From Bacillota bacterium (GTDB lineage: Bacteria; Bacillota; UBA4882; UBA8346), in assembly GCA_012728785.1 (NCBI GenBank), contig JAAYEK010000151.1, positions 3,096 to 67,095 on the forward strand: a stretch of DNA of 64,000 nt, given 5' to 3'. The notes under the pieces are model-generated. The model was not told the origin of the DNA. It saw nothing but the letters and a program-made list of their open reading frames with translations, and made no database searches. A program made the position numbers and the translations under genes. Below are positions 1 to 8,387 of this stretch, piece after piece; position 1 is the first letter of the stretch, and each line of letters begins with the position of its first letter.

Positions 1-190
1 CACCTGTCTTTATGGCACAGTACGCTTTTTTGGCGTGGCTACCGGACCTCCTATATTCGGATTAGCCGAAAAACTAACCAAACCGCCGATTTTATATAGC
101 GTCGCCGGGATTTGTATCCTGCTCGGGATCCTTTTTTGGTTTTTAGTCAAACCGGCCCAAATAATCCCTAAAGACATTCAAGGACAATAA
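1..190 (+). CDS. 3' end of a membrane transporter gene (MFS-like C-terminus), partial at the window edge
   Basis: Open frame from position 2 to TAA at 188-190, translating ...GVATGPPIFGLAEKLTKPPILYSVAGICILLGILFWFLVKPAQIIPKDIQGQ*. The hydrophobic helices suit a transporter tail; the family assignment is a guess. Confidence 0.3.
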   Translation, partial: TCLYGTVRFFGVATGPPIFGLAEKLTKPPILYSVAGICILLGILFWFLVKPAQIIPKDIQGQ

Positions 191-228
191 CCTAAGAACA
201 AGAGAGAGCCTCTATTTAAAGCACACTG

Positions 229-1071
229 TCACCGCTCTTTTATTTGATATCGATCGAGCCGACGATGGGCTAATAAGGGCAGGTTTTTTCTTACTTGGGA
301 TACTTGATCCGTTTCAACTGATACTACCGCCACTTCCGCCCCAAATCCGGCTTTCCAAATCAATTCCCCCCAGGGATCGACTATTAAAGAATGACCATAG
401 GCAACATACCCGGCATTTTCATCTCGGGCCGGACTGATCCCTACCATATAAATCTGATTGTCAATAGCCCTAGTTTTAAATAAGGTTTCCCAATGGGCTG
501 GTCCGGTAGTCATATTAAAAGCCGCCGGCACAAAAGCCCCGATTATTCCTCTTTCAATCATTAACCGAAATAGTTCCGGAAACCTCAAATCATAACAAAT
601 TACAGTCCCAAAATTTCCAAATTCCGTACCAAAAGTAGTAATCTCATCCCCCGGCGTTAAAACCGCTGATTCGCAAAACTCAATCCGATCCTTAATTGCA
701 ATATCAAAAAGATGCATCTTTCGATGTTTTGCCAGCAGTTGGCCCCGAGGGTCAAAGATCATGGAGGTGTTATAAATTTTGGTGCCATCTCTTTCCGGAA
801 CCGAACCCCCGATCAAGTAAGCACCTGTTTTACCAGCCATTTTACTGAGAAAAACCCTTGTCTCTCCGCTTTCGATTTCCTCGGCAAAAAGCGGGAATAG
901 TCCTTGTTGATAAGGACAATTAAACATTTCCGGTAATGCAATTAGGTTAGCCCCTTTTTCGGCGGCTTCCAAGATCATTCCCTCAGCACGGCGCAAATTA
1001 TCCGATTTGTTCCCCGATACCAGCATTTGAACAATACCAATTTTGATAATCATTGAATCACCTTGTTTCAT
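229..1071 (-). CDS. Carbon-nitrogen hydrolase family protein (nitrilase / omega-amidase-like)
   Basis: 280 aa. The Glu-Lys-Cys triad context is recognisable (LIALPEMF, HRKMHLF, GTVICYDLRFPE). Confidence 0.85.
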   Translation of the reverse strand: MKQGDSMIIKIGIVQMLVSGNKSDNLRRAEGMILEAAEKGANLIALPEMFNCPYQQGLFPLFAEEIESGETRVFLSKMAGKTGAYLIGGSVPERDGTKIYNTSMIFDPRGQLLAKHRKMHLFDIAIKDRIEFCESAVLTPGDEITTFGTEFGNFGTVICYDLRFPELFRLMIERGIIGAFVPAAFNMTTGPAHWETLFKTRAIDNQIYMVGISPARDENAGYVAYGHSLIVDPWGELIWKAGFGAEVAVVSVETDQVSQVRKNLPLLAHRRLDRYQIKER

Positions 1072-1284
1072 AAAATCTATCCTATTCAGCTTATCAAATG
1101 CAGAAGCACTAATAATAGTAATGATTTTATTAATACCTTTCGGTCTAACCAGTAATAATCCTGTTACTTCATCTATTTTTAACTGATTATATTGTTAACT
1201 TACTAAGATACTTTAGATCATGCCAAACATCGACTCCTGTTTAAACTTTATAACCATATAATTTGATAACTTGTAAACAGAGCA

Positions 1285-1324
1285 TTAAAAATCCATCCGA
1301 ATTAGTAAAAAATTCTGATGGATT
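1285..1324 (-). terminator. Rho-independent terminator candidate downstream of spoIIR
   Basis: On the minus strand, AATCCATCAGAAT / ATTCGGATGGATT form a stem of about 13 bp with one mismatch, followed by TTTTTAAT. It lies about 55 nt after the spoIIR stop. Confidence 0.5.
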
Positions 1325-1379
1325 ATTTAATCAACAACTTTTAATAATTATTTTAACGCCTAACGGAAAATCTTCCCCC

Positions 1380-2018
1380 CTAAATTAACCCAAAAAACCG
1401 GCCCCACTCTTTCCAGAAACTATTTAACGACAAATCTTTTCCTTTGATTAACTCTTCTAAGATTGCCAGTCTATATTCAACCTCTTGAGGAGGTTCAGCC
1501 TGACTGCTCTTAAAGGTGGGAGCATCCGGATCTAGTAAGCATAAGGGCGGATACAATACACACCACCAATTTTTACCTTCCCCACTGCCGAGGATTACTT
1601 TTAACCCTTTATACTCCCCAGCCGGCAATTGGCCAAATGGGTAAGCTATTTCAGGGAAAGTGAATTGTTCCAAACTTACCTTTACATCCATGTCAAGACC
1701 GTTTGCCTGGATTATTTGGCGTGCTGTTTTTTCAAATAACGGCAGTTTGCTTCTTAAAATCCGCTCTGCTTCTACCGGATGCTCTATCTTTATTAACAAC
1801 GGCTCAGTAATTTCAATGATTTTATCTCTCACTTTCAACTTTAACTGTTGAGCTTCGGGCGAATTTCCATCGGCCACCACATGGAGGCGGATTAAATTAT
1901 TACGGTTATAGGTTTCAATAAACGGCTCCACAATCCGGGCAAATCCCGAACCTAAACAGCCAATGATCCCAAAGATTATCACTAATAGACAAATAACTGC
2001 TAATCGGTATCGAAACAA
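1380..2018 (-). CDS. spoIIR: Stage II sporulation protein R (forespore signal for pro-sigma-E processing)
   Basis: 212 aa with an N-terminal signal anchor. Shows the characteristic LIRLHVVADGNSPEAQQLKLKVRD and WWCVLYPPLC motifs. Confidence 0.85.
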   Translation of the reverse strand: MFRYRLAVICLLVIIFGIIGCLGSGFARIVEPFIETYNRNNLIRLHVVADGNSPEAQQLKLKVRDKIIEITEPLLIKIEHPVEAERILRSKLPLFEKTARQIIQANGLDMDVKVSLEQFTFPEIAYPFGQLPAGEYKGLKVILGSGEGKNWWCVLYPPLCLLDPDAPTFKSSQAEPPQEVEYRLAILEELIKGKDLSLNSFWKEWGRFFGLI

Positions 2019-2032
2019 TTCGCCGGTCCCTC

Positions 2033-2830
2033 CTATTGCTCAAGCTCATTATTTTCAGAAATATAACGTTTCATGTGTTTGAGAGCGCTTTTTTCAAGCC
2101 GGGAGACTTGAGCTTGAGAGATCCCGATTTCATCGGCAACCTCCATTTGGGTTCTTCCTTCAAAAAACCTCATTTTTAAAATCATTTTTTCTCGATCATT
2201 CAATTTGGCCATAGCTTCCTTGATAGTTAAACCTTCTAACCATTGACCATCCAAATGACGTTCGTCGCTGATTTGGTCCATAACAAAAATTGGATCGCCA
2301 CCATCATGATAAATCGGTTCAAAAAGGGATAATGGCTCCTGAATCGCATCCAGCGCAAAGACCACCTCTTCCCTGGGCACTTTCAACTCATCGGCAATCT
2401 CTGCTACTGTTGGTTCTTTGGAGTTTTTATTCACCAAGGCATCCCTGACTTGCAATGCTTTATAGGCAATATCCCGTAAAGAGCGGCTGACCCTTAAGGG
2501 GTTGTTATCCCTGAGATAACGCCTAATTTCGCCAATGATCATCGGTACGGCATAGGTGGAGAATTTTACATTTTGGGAAAGATCAAAATTATCGATGGCT
2601 TTCATGAGACCGATGCAACCCACTTGAAACAAATCATCCACATACTCACCCCGGTTATTGAAACGTTGGATTACGCTAAGTACCAGTCTTAAATTACCTT
2701 GAATCAATTCTTCCCGGGCGGACAGTTCTCCAGATTGCAGTTTTTGAAGCAGTTCTCTCATCTTACTACTTGTTAAAACCGGAAGTTTCGCGGTATTGAC
2801 ACCGCAAATCTCAACTTTATTCACTAACAT
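2033..2830 (-). CDS. sigG: Sporulation sigma factor SigG
   Basis: 265 aa sigma-70 family protein. N-terminus MLVNKVEICGVNTAKLPVLTSSKMRELL and regions 2-4 are typical of SigG (or SigF); its position downstream of spoIIGA-sigE favours SigG. Confidence 0.9.
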   Translation of the reverse strand: MLVNKVEICGVNTAKLPVLTSSKMRELLQKLQSGELSAREELIQGNLRLVLSVIQRFNNRGEYVDDLFQVGCIGLMKAIDNFDLSQNVKFSTYAVPMIIGEIRRYLRDNNPLRVSRSLRDIAYKALQVRDALVNKNSKEPTVAEIADELKVPREEVVFALDAIQEPLSLFEPIYHDGGDPIFVMDQISDERHLDGQWLEGLTIKEAMAKLNDREKMILKMRFFEGRTQMEVADEIGISQAQVSRLEKSALKHMKRYISENNELEQ

Positions 2831-2876
2831 CCAGTTATTTCACTCCCGTTTCTCTCTTGGCGCGCGTCTAAGATTG

Positions 2877-2905
2877 ATTATTGCCAAGGGGATCGGTATT
2901 TATAC
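2877..2905 (-). promoter_or_regulatory. Candidate sigma-F/sigma-G type forespore promoter for sigG(-spoIIR)
   Basis: Minus strand reads GTATA-N15-GGCAATAAT, matching the B. subtilis sigma-F pattern GTATA-N15-GGnnAnAnT. It sits about 45 nt upstream of the sigG start, just after a terminator hairpin. Confidence 0.45.
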
Positions 2906-2961
2906 CCGTGTTATATGGTTTACTGATGTTAGCCCTTTTAAACTTGGTTTTTGATACTTGC

Positions 2962-3000
2962 CCAAAAAATAACAAACCCCAGTTCAATAAGGGTTTGTTT
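2962..3000 (-). terminator. Rho-independent terminator after the DJ-1/PfpI gene
   Basis: Minus strand has a 9-bp stem AACAAACCC / GGGTTTGTT with an 11-nt loop, followed by ATTTTTTGGG. Confidence 0.55.
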
Positions 3001-3061
3001 AATAATAGCAATCTTTATAATTTTAGCCACTTAATTACCTATTTTTGATAATTAGTTTTAC

Positions 3062-3592
3062 TCAAGCTAACATTGATGCCAATTTGTTTCCGAAAGCTTC
3101 AGCTGCTTCGGGCCCGGACCCGGTGATCAGACCACCTTCAACTTCAACTAAAGCGCCGGTATAGATGGCCCCGTTACTCTCCAGTTCCTTGATACCGTCC
3201 GGAAAAACAGTTGCCTTTTTTCCCTTGAGTAATCCGGCCCTGGCTAGGATAACCGGGGCGATGCATATTGCGCCAATAATTTTACCTTGATCATAAACTT
3301 TTTCGGCTAAATGATGAGCATCCCGATCTCCAAAGTATTGAGAACTACCTCCCCCTCCGACAAATATTAAGCCATCAATTGCTCCGTTATTAATCTCAGT
3401 AATCAAATTATCGGGTTTTACCTTCATCCCTAGTTTACCAACGGCCTCGTTCAAGGTGGTTGAAACCGTTATAACCCTGTGCCCATTCTTCTCCATTATT
3501 TCCTTAGGAATTTGATATTCCTCATCTCTAAAGTCTTTTTCCGCAATAACAAATGCTACCGTTTTCCCCATAGCGATCACCTCTTTCTTCAA
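3062..3592 (-). CDS. DJ-1/PfpI family protein
   Basis: 176 aa. Has the nucleophile-elbow motif GAICIAPVILA and the LIFVGGGG pattern of the DJ-1/PfpI class. Confidence 0.85.
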   Translation of the reverse strand: MKKEVIAMGKTVAFVIAEKDFRDEEYQIPKEIMEKNGHRVITVSTTLNEAVGKLGMKVKPDNLITEINNGAIDGLIFVGGGGSSQYFGDRDAHHLAEKVYDQGKIIGAICIAPVILARAGLLKGKKATVFPDGIKELESNGAIYTGALVEVEGGLITGSGPEAAEAFGNKLASMLA

Positions 3593-3633
3593 TCATTCTT
3601 TAGTTCGAGAATTACCGTAAAAATCCTTTTCTT

Positions 3634-4365
3634 CTAATCTAATCTCTTAATCTCTTTTTTCAATTTTTTGATGATTCGCTTTTCCAGACGAGAAATATAC
3701 GACTGCGATATTCCCAATAGGTCAGCTACTTCTTTTTGGGTTTTTTCACTACCGCCCCTTAAACCGAAACGCAATTGCACAATGACCTTTTCCCGTTCGG
3801 TAAGATGCTCCATAGCTGAATCCAATAAATTTTTATCGATCTCCTCTTCCACATATTTATAGGTAGAATCATTTTCACTGCCTAATACATCCGACAAAAG
3901 CAATTCATTACCATCCCAGTCGATATTTAAAGGTTCGTCAAAAGATACTTCAGCTCTTATTTTATTATTGCGCCGTAAATACATTAATATTTCATTTTCA
4001 ATGCATCGGGATGCATAAGTTGCCAACTTAATCTTCTTGCTCGGATCAAAAGTGTTGACCGCTTTGATTAAACCAATCGTACCAATAGAAACCAGATCTT
4101 CAATACCAACCCCACTGTTCTCAAATTTGCGGGCAATATAAACCACCAACCTTAAATTACGCTCGATTAAGACGGATTTGACCGTTTTATCCCCGGCTTC
4201 CAGCTTTTCTAATAAAAATAGTTCTTCATCATTGGTTAAAGGAGGTGGGAGGGCTTCGCTGCTTCCAATGTAAGCAACAATCTCCGGAGTGATCCTTATT
4301 TTCTCCATTATCTTGAACAAACCCAGCCTAAAATTCCACAACCATCTCTTCCACCAAATTAGCAT
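3634..4365 (-). CDS. sigE: Pro-sigma-E (sporulation sigma factor SigE)
   Basis: 243 aa. An amphipathic pro-sequence ([17 protein letters not shown]) precedes [17 protein letters not shown], as in B. subtilis pro-sigma-E, followed by sigma-70 regions 2-4. Confidence 0.9.
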   Translation of the reverse strand: MLIWWKRWLWNFRLGLFKIMEKIRITPEIVAYIGSSEALPPPLTNDEELFLLEKLEAGDKTVKSVLIERNLRLVVYIARKFENSGVGIEDLVSIGTIGLIKAVNTFDPSKKIKLATYASRCIENEILMYLRRNNKIRAEVSFDEPLNIDWDGNELLLSDVLGSENDSTYKYVEEEIDKNLLDSAMEHLTEREKVIVQLRFGLRGGSEKTQKEVADLLGISQSYISRLEKRIIKKLKKEIKRLD

Positions 4366-4422
4366 TAGTTTCTCTCCTTTTGCTAAATATTCTTCTAAAC
4401 CTCTACTAAAGCCTATTTTTTC

Positions 4423-5325
4423 CTAGCTATTCAATACCGTCGGTGGTATTAAAGCCTGAAAAGCCCCTTCCGGAGATAAGGAACGTTTACAAATACCGAC
4501 CACAACCTGATTATGGATGATGGCCCTCTTTTTTTGCCATACTTTCAATGAATCCGGCCGAAACCCAATTAAAATACCATGTTCTTTTCCGATACTTTTG
4601 AAAGGCAATACCCGGATTCTATCTTCCCAAACATTAGGCAGTTTCCAATCAAGATTTAACTCACCGGTCTGCATTTTTTCGATTAACTCAATTATTTCAA
4701 CAGGTAGCAACTTTTTGACTTGACCAAATTCAATTATTATAACCGGAACCTTAGTTAAAGGGTCATGCAACCGGTTTCCTGTATCTAATAAAGCGTTTAA
4801 ATTTAATTCGTTACCGTCCCAATTGATCTGAATCGGATAAAGACAAATTTGATCCCAAAATTTACGATGAACTACTCCCCAACCAAGTTCTCCTAAAACC
4901 AAGATTAGGGTTATATGACCCCAAAAACGCCACCAAAAATTAATCTGGCTTTGAAAATAGCGCCGATTAATACTGTCCAATCCCCAATGGATTCCGGATA
5001 ACAAAAAAGAAAGTAGATAAAAGTAACCAAATAGCTTAAGTGTTCTTTTAACATTAACCGTAAAGAAAGCTAAACCAATCATTATTACTGGAACTAATAA
5101 ACTAAATACGATTGGTGAAACAATCCAACGATGTACTACTCCTCCCGAAGCCTGATTTACTAAAATTAGAAATTGAAAGATCCCACCAATAGCTCCGCCC
5201 AAAATTATCCGGGGCCATTTAGTCTTAGCCACACCGATTTGCCCAACCATCCATAACAGCACCGCATCTTCAATCCAACCCAACAATCCGCCTAGGATGG
5301 GCACATCCAAGTATACCCTTAACAT
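4423..5325 (-). CDS. spoIIGA: Sigma-E processing peptidase SpoIIGA
   Basis: 300 aa with five N-terminal TM helices and a C-terminal aspartic protease motif ALLDTGNRLHDP. Lies immediately upstream of sigE. Confidence 0.85.
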   Translation of the reverse strand: MLRVYLDVPILGGLLGWIEDAVLLWMVGQIGVAKTKWPRIILGGAIGGIFQFLILVNQASGGVVHRWIVSPIVFSLLVPVIMIGLAFFTVNVKRTLKLFGYFYLLSFLLSGIHWGLDSINRRYFQSQINFWWRFWGHITLILVLGELGWGVVHRKFWDQICLYPIQINWDGNELNLNALLDTGNRLHDPLTKVPVIIIEFGQVKKLLPVEIIELIEKMQTGELNLDWKLPNVWEDRIRVLPFKSIGKEHGILIGFRPDSLKVWQKKRAIIHNQVVVGICKRSLSPEGAFQALIPPTVLNS

Positions 5326-5505
5326 TTGAACTCAACCCCTATATTGATTTTACAGTCATCAGGTTGATTTTCCTCTATAAATCGTTTCCTAAAATCACCG
5401 TAATTAGCTTCTTTTTCCTCTTTTTTAACGAAAAGCCGTAAAATGAGGAAAAGCGCCCAGAGCACGGGTCTGAACGCTTTTTGTATACTATTATTCTAGA
5501 TCTAC

Positions 5506-6549
5506 TTATTTTTTTCTCAAGAATGGAGGAATATCCAGTTCATCATTGACAAAAGGTCTAATTTCCAAGTCATCCAAACCCATCCGTTTGGACCGCTTTT
5601 GTTCAAAACCGGTGGCGATTACGGTAACCCTTATTTCTTCCCCTAAAGATTCATCAATTACAGCGCCGAATATAATATTGGCGTCAGGATCAACAGCATC
5701 GGTAATAATTGCCGCCGCTTCATTCACATCGGACAAGGTCAAATTACTGCTTCCAGTGATATTTAACAATACCCCTTTGGAACCTTCAATCGAGGTCTCA
5801 AGTAAAGCGCTGTTAATTGCGCTTTTCGCTGCCTGGACCGCCCGATCCTCTCCTTTAGCCAGACCAATTCCCATTAAAGCCGATCCGGCAGTGCTCATTA
5901 TGGTTTTTACGTCCGCGAAATCCACATTAATCAGTCCGGTGATGGTTATCAAGTCCGAGATACCTTGAACCCCTTGACGCAAAACATCGTCCGCCATTCG
6001 AAAAGCTTCAACAATGGAGGTGTTTTTATCGACAATTTGCAACAACCGTTCATTAGGAATAGTAATTAAGGTATCGACATTCTCTTTAAGAGTAGCGACG
6101 CCTTTTTCAGCTTGATTTTGACGAATCCGACCCTCAAATATAAATGGTTTCGTTACCACTCCAACTGTTAATGCTCCTAATTCCCGAGCCATTTGCGCAA
6201 TAACCGGCGCAGCGCCGGTCCCAGTGCCTCCACCCATACCGGCGGTTATAAATATCATGTCTGCGCCTTGTAAAACTCCGAGTATTTCATCTTTGCTTTC
6301 GAGAGCGGCTCTTTGTCCGATTTCAGGATTAGCACCAGCGCCTAATCCCTTAGTAAGCGCATCACCGATGCGTAATCGAATGTCGGCGTTAGATCGGTTT
6401 AGCGCCTGACCGTCAGTATTAATAGCTATAAACTCAACTCCTTGAATTTTAGCCTCAATCATCCTATTGACCGCATTGGTACCCCCGCCACCAACACCTA
6501 TTACTTTAAGAGATGCAAATTGGTGATTTGCAACATCAAATTCAAGCAT
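5506..6549 (-). CDS. ftsZ: Cell division GTPase FtsZ
   Basis: 347 aa. Tubulin signature [24 protein letters not shown], and a C-terminal DIPPFLRK tail. Confidence 0.97.
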   Translation of the reverse strand: MLEFDVANHQFASLKVIGVGGGGTNAVNRMIEAKIQGVEFIAINTDGQALNRSNADIRLRIGDALTKGLGAGANPEIGQRAALESKDEILGVLQGADMIFITAGMGGGTGTGAAPVIAQMARELGALTVGVVTKPFIFEGRIRQNQAEKGVATLKENVDTLITIPNERLLQIVDKNTSIVEAFRMADDVLRQGVQGISDLITITGLINVDFADVKTIMSTAGSALMGIGLAKGEDRAVQAAKSAINSALLETSIEGSKGVLLNITGSSNLTLSDVNEAAAIITDAVDPDANIIFGAVIDESLGEEIRVTVIATGFEQKRSKRMGLDDLEIRPFVNDELDIPPFLRKK

Positions 6550-6700
6550 CTAATGGGTTCCTCCAAGTCTGTATCAAAATAACTCCTACTAAAAAAGAAG
6601 CCTTAAAAGTAGACACTAGTGAAGATAGTTTAGGTCTCTTTAAATAAATATAAGTTCTGCATTAAAAAAGATTAACCTGCCAAATAATGAAATTTTTTTC

Positions 6701-7462
6701 TTACTTCTTTAATGATCTAGAGGTAATTACCGTAGGAAGGTCAGCTACTCGTAAATCGATTTGTTCAATTTTTCCCGTAAAATCATCGGAAAGCAGGATC
6801 GACCGCAGATTAGTAATTTTCTCCTCCAACCGTTCGCCACTTCCCAAGTCCACTTTGACTGAACGATGATATCCGGGCAGATTCAAATAAAGTCGAAATT
6901 TGTTCAGATCAATCTCGCTAATTACTTGATGAAGATAATCATCGGAATATCTTAAAATACCGAGGACTGATTGAAATTCCGAATTCGTTACCTTTTCACC
7001 ATATTGAACCGTTTTAAACCTTCCTCCAGTTACCACCGGCAATTCAACAACCTCGACCTCTTCTTGGATCCCCATCACCAAACCGTCATCTCCGATGATT
7101 AATAAATTATTCAAGTAAGACAATAGACAGATCGGAATACGTTCTTGAATACTAATAATAATCTTACCCGGTAATTGCCGGTTAATTTTTACCGAAGCAA
7201 CACGATAGTCTTGCAGAATTAAAGACCTTAACTCATCATTATTAATTTGAAATATATTACGGGCCGAATTTAAACCGGCATTTAAAATTATATCTTCCGA
7301 AGGTATCTCTTGATTACCTTTTATTTCAACGGATTTAACAGCGAATAACTTGGAATTCAAGAGGATCAGACATATTAAAAACACTAATAAAGCCCCAAAA
7401 ATAATTTCGAATTGCGGTACTCTTTTTTGTTGATAATTTTTGTTTTGATAATTAGTCCCCAT
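6701..7462 (-). CDS. ftsQ: Cell division protein FtsQ/DivIB (POTRA domain)
   Basis: 253 aa. Single TM helix then a POTRA-like VKSVEIKGNQEIPSEDIILNAGL segment; located directly upstream of ftsZ. Confidence 0.75.
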   Translation of the reverse strand: MGTNYQNKNYQQKRVPQFEIIFGALLVFLICLILLNSKLFAVKSVEIKGNQEIPSEDIILNAGLNSARNIFQINNDELRSLILQDYRVASVKINRQLPGKIIISIQERIPICLLSYLNNLLIIGDDGLVMGIQEEVEVVELPVVTGGRFKTVQYGEKVTNSEFQSVLGILRYSDDYLHQVISEIDLNKFRLYLNLPGYHRSVKVDLGSGERLEEKITNLRSILLSDDFTGKIEQIDLRVADLPTVITSRSLKK

Positions 7463-7472
7463 TAGTTTAAAA

Positions 7473-7490
7473 CCGTACCTTTCGGCACGG
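7473..7490 (-). terminator. Short hairpin plus T-run between the last flagellar-operon gene and ftsQ
   Basis: Minus strand CCGTGCC-GAAA-GGTACGG followed by TTTTAAAC. It sits in the 29-nt gap between the stop at 7492 and the ftsQ ATG at 7462. Weak, with one mismatch in the stem. Confidence 0.3.
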
Positions 7491-7491
7491 C

Positions 7492-8031
7492 TTAACCCCT
7501 TTTATAGATTCCCAAAATTAGTTGTACTTCACCACGGCCCGTCCCTAACTGTTTAGCAATCTCCTCAATGGCTAAACCATCTTTCCATAATTGTAGAATC
7601 CGGTTGTGCCTCGGATCAATGATCTCATGGGGCTGAAACATCGGTATTGTATCCAGAGGTTCTTGTTGATCAAACTCCAGATCATCCGAAAAAGCTTGAT
7701 TAAAGTTCTGCTCTTCAGATTCCTCTTTCTTTAACCCCTCAGTTTCGATGAAATCTTCATCCGGTAGTTCATTTGGCTTTTCAACGAGATTTTCGGTCTT
7801 TGTTTCATTTTCAAACGGTTCATCATTGGGTTTTTTTATATCGGTTTGTAAAACTTCATCGGCCACTTCTTCAAACTCCTCCATTATGGCCGCCACTAAA
7901 TTTTCCAGTTCATAGATTTCCTTACGCACATTTTCGATGGTTTTCGAGATTGAGCGTTTATGGAGGATATGGAGAATATAAATGACAAAGCAATTAATAC
8001 AAAGCGATATTAAAATTTCTCCACCATTCAC
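7492..8031 (-). CDS. Membrane-anchored protein with acidic linker and C-terminal helix-turn-helix, unknown function
   Basis: The maximal ORF runs to 8214 but overlaps the preceding gene. The GTG at 8031 gives VNGGEILISLCINCFVIYILHILH (TM helix), an Asp/Glu-rich linker, then HNRILQLWKDGLAIEEIAKQLGTGRGEVQLILGIY (HTH-like). The start is uncertain. Confidence 0.5.
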   Translation of the reverse strand: MNGGEILISLCINCFVIYILHILHKRSISKTIENVRKEIYELENLVAAIMEEFEEVADEVLQTDIKKPNDEPFENETKTENLVEKPNELPDEDFIETEGLKKEESEEQNFNQAFSDDLEFDQQEPLDTIPMFQPHEIIDPRHNRILQLWKDGLAIEEIAKQLGTGRGEVQLILGIYKRG

Positions 8032-8050
8032 CCGCCACGCCCCCGTTTTG

Positions 8051-8371
8051 TTATATTTTAATATCGATAATATTGCCCCGTTTCTTATCGGATACTTCTT
8101 CGGTATCCTTTTCTTTCCGTTTCTTATCGGAACCAAAACGGCGGTATTTACGGCCTTTATGCCCCCCCGATTGTTGATCATCACGGATTCGGTTGCTATT
8201 TGCCGAAGCTTCATTCTGTTGTACTTGTTCCCGACGAAGCTGTGATTCCTGAACCATTTGTTTTGCTATTTCCTGTTGTTGGGTTACGTAACGGGTATTA
8301 TTAACATGTTGGATCTTTTGAAGGTCCACTGAACGAGGCATAATCGTTTGCAGATCAACAGGTTTAAGCAT
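8051..8371 (-). CDS. Small, highly charged hypothetical protein (Gln-rich then Lys/Arg-rich)
   Basis: ATG at 8371 is preceded by AGGTGAT. Product MLKPVDLQTIMPRSVDLQKIQHV... with a basic tail; no family recognised. Confidence 0.5.
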   Translation of the reverse strand: MLKPVDLQTIMPRSVDLQKIQHVNNTRYVTQQQEIAKQMVQESQLRREQVQQNEASANSNRIRDDQQSGGHKGRKYRRFGSDKKRKEKDTEEVSDKKRGNIIDIKI

Positions 8372-8387
8372 CACAATCACCTGCTTT

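Noticed and set aside
5326-5505. Spo0A boxes (TGTCGAA) in the spoIIGA upstream region
   Set aside because: Only partial matches (for example TTCGTTA) are visible, which is not enough to call a Spo0A-dependent promoter from sequence alone.
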